In this document: positions 58,625-64,000 of the stretch, one piece after another
Position numbering within the stretch: the first letter of the stretch is position 1
Layout of the letters: every line of letters begins with the position of its first letter
Sequence record: SRR9188677_124
DNA length: 64,000 nucleotides
Direction: 5' to 3' (one strand)
Position numbers and translations under genes: made by a program
The notes under the pieces: model-generated
What the model was told of the DNA's origin: nothing
The model's database searches: none
Seen by the model: only the letters and a program-made list of their open reading frames with translations

Positions 58625-59411
58625 TGGATTAGCATGGTCGTTCAGCTGTTTTTCTCAGCAGGCGATTGATTGCAATTCAAAAGTTGTTCAGGATAGCCTG
58701 TTTGAGTTATATTCAAATAGAGCAAGGAATTTCAGCTGGAATGAACCGGGGTGGGACGCGACATACGACACGCTAATCGCAATTTGTCCGAATATCGCGG
58801 AAGCATATCAGGAAAAAGGCCTTCCACACGTTGCCAATGGGAATTTGCAAAAGGCATTCGAGTACAACAATAAAGCGGTCGAACTGGATCCGGAGCGTTG
58901 GACAGCCTACAGGGGCTATTTGCATTGCATCTACGCGAAAAATTATGAAAAGGCCATTATTGATTTCGAAACGGCCGAAAAATTAACTCCTTTTGGATTT
59001 ATTCAGGATCACTCTTTTCCTTTTTACATGGCTTTAAGTTATATGGAAATGGGCGTTTATGACAAGGCAGAGCAGTATTTCCTTAAAGATATCGCTGTGC
59101 AAAAGAGAGGAGAAGGTCAAAACGACATCCATTTCAATACATTAGCGTATTTCGGAATACTATATTATTTACAGAATGAATTTGACAAGGCGGAAATGTA
59201 TTTGAAAGATTGTCTTCAATTGTACGACCTCCATCCCATGGCCAATTACTACATGGCAATGACCTTTAAAGCCACAGGAAATAAGCAGCAGGATCATTAT
59301 TTTGAAAAAGCAAAACAGTCGATACAAGAGGGTTACAAGATAAATGAGCCCAATTCCCTCTACGTAAGTTACCCCAGACAGATTACTCTTTTCGAGATTG
59401 AAAAGCGTTAG
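58596..59411 (+). CDS. secreted TPR protein
   Basis: Signal peptide; TPR-like repeats (KAVELDP, AIIDFETAEKLTP, CLQLYDLHP). Confidence 0.82.
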   Translation: MVKSLMLFISGLAWSFSCFSQQAIDCNSKVVQDSLFELYSNRARNFSWNEPGWDATYDTLIAICPNIAEAYQEKGLPHVANGNLQKAFEYNNKAVELDPERWTAYRGYLHCIYAKNYEKAIIDFETAEKLTPFGFIQDHSFPFYMALSYMEMGVYDKAEQYFLKDIAVQKRGEGQNDIHFNTLAYFGILYYLQNEFDKAEMYLKDCLQLYDLHPMANYYMAMTFKATGNKQQDHYFEKAKQSIQEGYKINEPNSLYVSYPRQITLFEIEKR

Positions 59412-59478
59412 ATTTTCTGGTATCTCATGCAACGATCGATATTTGCCAAGCGTAATGGTTATCATAGAATCTTATGCT

Positions 59479-60390
59479 ATGAAGCCGACTCTTACACTCC
59501 TTTTCCTGATTGTCTTTGTCTATGATACATTGGCGCAGGGTAGTTCTGACTATTATCGTCCACCGCTTCCAAGCCCAATCGGAACGAAATCAATCGGCTC
59601 AAAACCCTATAATGCCGAATCGCTACTCAAAACGTTTGGGGATGTCCGTGTTTTGAACCGATGGTATGTTGGAGCGAACGGTTTTATTCGTACTGACAAA
59701 AATAAATTGTCGAACTCTTTCGACGGATTGATTTCAACACAATCGCCAGCCTCAGCCGGCTGGAGCGCATCGGTTGGTTGGGTTTCGAGTGAAAACTGGA
59801 CTATAGAAGTGGAATATGCCAGATCTGCGATTCACAACGTGCTTTTAATTAACGGAGATAATCCACTTTCATACAAATTTTCAAATGACAAAAACAGCCT
59901 CGTCCTACGTGGTAAGAGACGTTTACTGTTTGGGAAATCTTTGTCATCCATTCGTCGTTCTGCATTTTGGATTGGTGGAGGAGTAGGGATGATTCCTAAT
60001 ACCGGGAAGCAAAAAGATTACTGGGAATTTTCAGGTTACAGAAGCTTGGGAAGACGGCTGGCAATTGACACATTATTTATAACGAGCGATACCCGAACGA
60101 GTAGTCATATTACTGGAGCGCTGGAAGCATCAGCAGAATACATTATTAAAGTTTCAAAGGTAATTGATTTAAGCTTTTATGGAAGGAAGCAGTGGGGACT
60201 TGGAAATTCGCTGACTACCAATTTGGCATATTACATAAATCACCAGCAAACAGAAACTGCAAAAATTACGGGAGATGGGAGTGGTTGGAGCTTCGGAGTT
60301 TCCTTGAGATATGTGATGCATTTGGGTTACGACTTCGCCAAATTAAATTCCCACAGATCGAAAGCCGAAGAACAGGATCCCAATTTGTAG
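59479..60390 (+). CDS. putative outer-membrane beta-barrel protein
   Basis: Start at MKPT with a signal peptide; amphipathic strands ending GWSFGVSLRY. Confidence 0.7.
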   Translation: MKPTLTLLFLIVFVYDTLAQGSSDYYRPPLPSPIGTKSIGSKPYNAESLLKTFGDVRVLNRWYVGANGFIRTDKNKLSNSFDGLISTQSPASAGWSASVGWVSSENWTIEVEYARSAIHNVLLINGDNPLSYKFSNDKNSLVLRGKRRLLFGKSLSSIRRSAFWIGGGVGMIPNTGKQKDYWEFSGYRSLGRRLAIDTLFITSDTRTSSHITGALEASAEYIIKVSKVIDLSFYGRKQWGLGNSLTTNLAYYINHQQTETAKITGDGSGWSFGVSLRYVMHLGYDFAKLNSHRSKAEEQDPNL

Positions 60391-60391
60391 A

Positions 60392-61291
60392 TCAGTTTGC
60401 TAAGTTGATTTCGGCTCTTATTTTAGCTACAAAATCGATAGAGACGTCTGTGGCAGATGCAATTTGCTCGTTCGTGAGAACCGAAGCTTTAATAAGATTC
60501 CGTATAATTTTCTCAGTGCCAATCTTAACACCTTTTTCTACAAAAATATCTGCCGTGCTCATAACTGTTTCCTTTAATGTTATTGGGAGTAATTCTAATA
60601 ATTCTAAAATTTTCGATTCTATCGAGCCGCTATTGTTAAACAGATAAACGGTTAAACTTTTTTGTAAGTTCATTGAAGCTTCCGCTGCCAAAATCAAAAT
60701 TCGTCGTAAATTTTGTTCAAGCCAGTCCTTTTGGAAACTATACTTTAATGAAAGCAGAGATGCCACCAAAAACTTATTGTTCAATGCTTCCACTTGGTCA
60801 TCAGGTATTTCTCCCAGATTATTGTAAATGTAATCAAAGTCGGGAACATACTGACCCCATCCCGTTTCCAGACTTTCAAACAAATTTAAAAGCGTCTGAT
60901 ACTCCCATTTGCCTCTTCCATGATAAAGCAAAATTGGAATAATAACCGAAAGTTTCTCTTTGTTATCAAGTTGCTTTTGGAGACCAGAGAAAATATAACC
61001 TCCAATTTGAACAGCTGTGTATCTATCAGGAAAGCTTTTGTGTTCAATAAGCAAACTCACCTTTATCTCATCGTTACCATCCAATTTCTTGCAACTATAA
61101 ACGATATCTGACATCGTCTTTTGCAATTCTTTCGAAAGATATGTATCAGGAAGTTGCGTGAGTGTTGAAAAGTTAAGCTTGCTGGTAACGAAGCTCGGAA
61201 GATAATTTTGGAAGTAATCTTTTGCGACTTCCTTGTCGGCTAGTATAGTTCTGATGAATTTGTCGTGAACCGAATTTATCTTGTTACCCAT
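60392..61291 (-). CDS. Rpn/YhgA-like recombination-promoting nuclease (PD-(D/E)XK; putative transposase family)
   Basis: HDKFIR, SDIVY, LIEHKS and IPILLYHG motifs. Start at MGNK (61291). Confidence 0.92.
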   Translation of the reverse strand: MGNKINSVHDKFIRTILADKEVAKDYFQNYLPSFVTSKLNFSTLTQLPDTYLSKELQKTMSDIVYSCKKLDGNDEIKVSLLIEHKSFPDRYTAVQIGGYIFSGLQKQLDNKEKLSVIIPILLYHGRGKWEYQTLLNLFESLETGWGQYVPDFDYIYNNLGEIPDDQVEALNNKFLVASLLSLKYSFQKDWLEQNLRRILILAAEASMNLQKSLTVYLFNNSGSIESKILELLELLPITLKETVMSTADIFVEKGVKIGTEKIIRNLIKASVLTNEQIASATDVSIDFVAKIRAEINLAN

Positions 61292-61420
61292 TAGCAATTG
61301 CTTAGTTTTTTGCGGAAAAGAATAAGCTATTATTCCTGTCACTAAATATTGATACGGAGCAAAGGCAAATAAGTAATTGACACATTCTGACAAACACTAA
61401 AACAACGAACCTAAAACAAC

Positions 61421-61453
61421 AAAAAACTGCCTCTTTAAGCGAACAGGCAGTTT
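61421..61453 (-). terminator. intrinsic terminator after the RND gene
   Basis: AAACTGCCT/AGGCAGTTT stem with a U-tail on the minus strand. Confidence 0.65.
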
Positions 61454-61478
61454 CTGACTAACAAATCCTCATTATTTT

Positions 61479-64000
61479 TTAAGCAAGCGCTCTCTTCTTC
61501 CGATTGAAAAATGCATAGATGATCGGGAAGATAAGTAAGGTCAATATGGTTGCGGTAATTAATCCGCCGATTACGACAATAGCCAGTGGTTTTTGCGTTT
61601 CTGAGCCAATACCAGTGGATGTTGCAGCCGGAAGCAAGCCGATTGCCGCCATAAGCGCGGTCATAATAACCGGCCTGATACGGGATTTTACTCCTTCCCT
61701 TATGGCATCATCCAGAGGCATTCGTGCGGCGAGATTTTTATTAAATACGGAAATAAGAATTACCCCATTCTGCACACACAACCCAAACAAGGCGATAAAT
61801 CCTACCCCAGCTGAAATCCCGAAGTTCATATTGGTAATATGTAAAGCAAGAATACCTCCAATCAAAGCAAAAGGTACATTTATCAAAACCAAACCTGCAT
61901 CTTTTGCATTACTGAACATGATGAAAAGAAGTATAAAAATCCCGATCAAACTAATTGGCACCACTTGTCCCAAACGCGCAGTTGCACGAACCTGGTTTTC
62001 AAATTCGCCCGACCAATTTATATAGTATCCTTTTGGTAAAGATTTCAATAAGGGTTTCACACGGCTTTGCGCATCAGCAATGGTACTTCCTAAATCACGT
62101 TCCCGAACCGAGAATTTTACCCCAATAAAACGCTTGTTATTATCGCGGTAGACAAATGCCGGGCCGGTAATTGTCCTGATCGTGGAAATCTCTTTTAAAG
62201 GTATTTTTCCACCTGTTAGCGTCGGTACCATCAATTGCTGTATGTCATTTACATCACGGCGATATTGTTGGTCGTATCGCAGTCGAATGTCAAATTTGCG
62301 CTCGCCTTCGTAAAGAATTGAAGCTGTTTTACCGCCAATGGCCATTTCAATAACAGCCTGTACATCAGCGGTACTAACGCCATATTGTGCCATCTTGTGA
62401 TCATGAAGCATCACACTTATCTCAGGCTGACCAATGTTTCTCAAAATACCAACATCCTTAATGCCCGGAACGTTTTTTATTGCTTCTAAAACCTCGTTAG
62501 CTTTGATGTTAAGCGTTTCCAAATCATCTCCGTAGATTTTCACGGCGTTACTGGCGTTCATTCCAGCTACTGCTTCCGCTACGTTATCAATGATCGGCTG
62601 CGAATAATTGTAGTTGATCCCCTGGAACTGTTTCAACTTCTTATCCATCTCCTCAATAAGATCATCCTGACTTATATTTCGTTTCCACTCATCTTTTGGT
62701 TTTAGATTCACCTGCATTTGAACATAGTAGAACCCGGATGGGTCCGTTCCGTCATTGGATCGGCCCGTTTGCGATAGCACGCCATTCACTTCGGGAAACT
62801 CATTCAGCTTGGCCCGAAGAACGGTTACCATTTTGATCGTTTCGTTAAGCGAACTGCTCATCGGCATTTTTGCTTCAACCCAAAGTGCCCCTTCATTGAG
62901 CGTGGGAAGAAATTCGGTACCAAGTAAGGTTGAGGAAAACAAGCTTATACCCATAAAAGCCAGGGAAAACAAAACACTGATTTTCTTATGGGCAAAGCAC
63001 CAGTTAAAACCATTTATGACAATGCTATCAAAGAATCGTACGATTGGGTTACTTTTTTCCCGAACGTTTTTATTAAGTAAAAAGGAACAAAGTACCGGCA
63101 CGAGCGTCAGCGTATACAATAGAGCGCCCATTAGAGCGAACCCAAGCGTATATGCAAGCGGCGTGAACATTTTTCCTTCTACTTTCTGAAAGCTGAAAAT
63201 AGGGATCAATGCGATAATAATGATCAGTTTAGAGAAAAATATCGCCTTACCTAACTCACCACCTGTTTTCTTGATCAGTCCAAGTTTTGAAAGTTTGTTA
63301 AACCTGTCCATTCCATTTTTGTGCGCCAGATGATCCAGCGCAACAAAAATCCCTTCGACCATAACTACGGCCCCATCTATAATGATACCAAAATCTATCG
63401 CCCCCATCGACAATAGGTTTGCCGACATTCCTTTAAGCCTGAGGCACATAAATGCAAAGAGCAAAGCAAGCGGAATGATGATGGAAACAATGACGGTTGT
63501 CCGCCAGTCAGCCATAAAAAGGAAGACGATAACTGTTACCAGCACAATCCCCTCAATCAAATTATGCTTCACGGTATGAGCACAAAATTCGATCAGATTA
63601 TCCCTGTCATAGAAGGTTACCATTTTTACATCTGGCGGCAAAATTTTGGTATTCAGCTCTTCAACCTTATCCTTTATACGCGCCAGAACTTCACTCGGAT
63701 TTTCACCTTTACGCTGTACGACAATGCCTTCAACTACATCATCATTGTCATCAAGTCCAACCTGGCCGACTCGAGGCATATCTGATTCCTTCACCGAAGC
63801 CACATCGCGCACCAGAACGGGATTGTCTTTGACATATTCGACAATAATGTTTTCAATATCTGATATCGAATTAAGAAGCCCGATTCCCCTTACAACGTAC
63901 GCCTGCCCATTTTTCTCGATCACATCACCGCCGACATTGATATTGCTTTTGGTAACAGCCTGATAGACTTCAAGCGGCGTAATATTATACTTTACAAGCT
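61479..64000 (-). CDS. CusA/CzcA family heavy-metal RND efflux permease (5' truncated by the window)
   Basis: ANLLSMGAIDFGIIIDG, EGKMF, EFLPTLNEG and RIRPVIMTA motifs. The frame stays open to the window edge. Confidence 0.95.
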   Translation of the reverse strand, partial: LVKYNITPLEVYQAVTKSNINVGGDVIEKNGQAYVVRGIGLLNSISDIENIIVEYVKDNPVLVRDVASVKESDMPRVGQVGLDDNDDVVEGIVVQRKGENPSEVLARIKDKVEELNTKILPPDVKMVTFYDRDNLIEFCAHTVKHNLIEGIVLVTVIVFLFMADWRTTVIVSIIIPLALLFAFMCLRLKGMSANLLSMGAIDFGIIIDGAVVMVEGIFVALDHLAHKNGMDRFNKLSKLGLIKKTGGELGKAIFFSKLIIIIALIPIFSFQKVEGKMFTPLAYTLGFALMGALLYTLTLVPVLCSFLLNKNVREKSNPIVRFFDSIVINGFNWCFAHKKISVLFSLAFMGISLFSSTLLGTEFLPTLNEGALWVEAKMPMSSSLNETIKMVTVLRAKLNEFPEVNGVLSQTGRSNDGTDPSGFYYVQMQVNLKPKDEWKRNISQDDLIEEMDKKLKQFQGINYNYSQPIIDNVAEAVAGMNASNAVKIYGDDLETLNIKANEVLEAIKNVPGIKDVGILRNIGQPEISVMLHDHKMAQYGVSTADVQAVIEMAIGGKTASILYEGERKFDIRLRYDQQYRRDVNDIQQLMVPTLTGGKIPLKEISTIRTITGPAFVYRDNNKRFIGVKFSVRERDLGSTIADAQSRVKPLLKSLPKGYYINWSGEFENQVRATARLGQVVPISLIGIFILLFIMFSNAKDAGLVLINVPFALIGGILALHITNMNFGISAGVGFIALFGLCVQNGVILISVFNKNLAARMPLDDAIREGVKSRIRPVIMTALMAAIGLLPAATSTGIGSETQKPLAIVVIGGLITATILTLLIFPIIYAFFNRKKRALA

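Noticed and set aside
60392-61291. Rpn gene as an IS element
   Set aside because: No terminal inverted repeats or target duplications were seen, and the family is not shown to transpose.
1-64000. CRISPR arrays, tRNA/rRNA, riboswitches, prophage genes
   Set aside because: None were recognised by eye. An Rfam/tRNAscan run would be needed to exclude divergent RNAs.

Overview
Chromosomal window from a Bacteroidota genome, most likely Cytophagales. This rests on gene content, TAnnTTTG promoter boxes and a Dyadobacter/Spirosoma-like gene set, and the taxon is my inference. In order it holds: CocE/NonD and ThuA-like hydrolases; a secreted purple-acid-type phosphatase; a GNAT-like gene followed by an unannotated 56-aa ORF; a B12 radical SAM enzyme; nagA, a pentapeptide-repeat gene and trxA; a ~17.6 kb surface-polysaccharide locus (SLBB exporter, co-polymerase, wzm/wzt, vioA-like, GT-C membrane protein, WbqC, acetyltransferase, GTs, Wzy/ligase-like, acyltransferase); parE; pheA; a DUF4136/beta-barrel/hypothetical cluster; DinB; an OmpR-type two-component pair followed by a probable non-coding RNA; MscS, DUF1460 amidase and a Gcr-like membrane protein; GH13-pgmB-GH65-DUF1080 alpha-glucoside genes; a large TPR protein; a sigma-54 signalling cluster containing a wrecked CHASE3 kinase pseudogene; a TonB-C-like/TPR/barrel trio; an Rpn nuclease; and a 5'-truncated CusA/CzcA RND gene. 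I saw no rRNA, tRNA, CRISPR array or intact IS. The best leads are the TCS-linked sRNA candidate with 11-bp-phased boxes, two adjacent catalytically degenerate GT-like proteins, the GNAT-like/small-ORF TA-like pair, a possible intragenic Rpn antitoxin, and the sigma-54 module. All family assignments come from recognising motifs by eye. No database searches were run.
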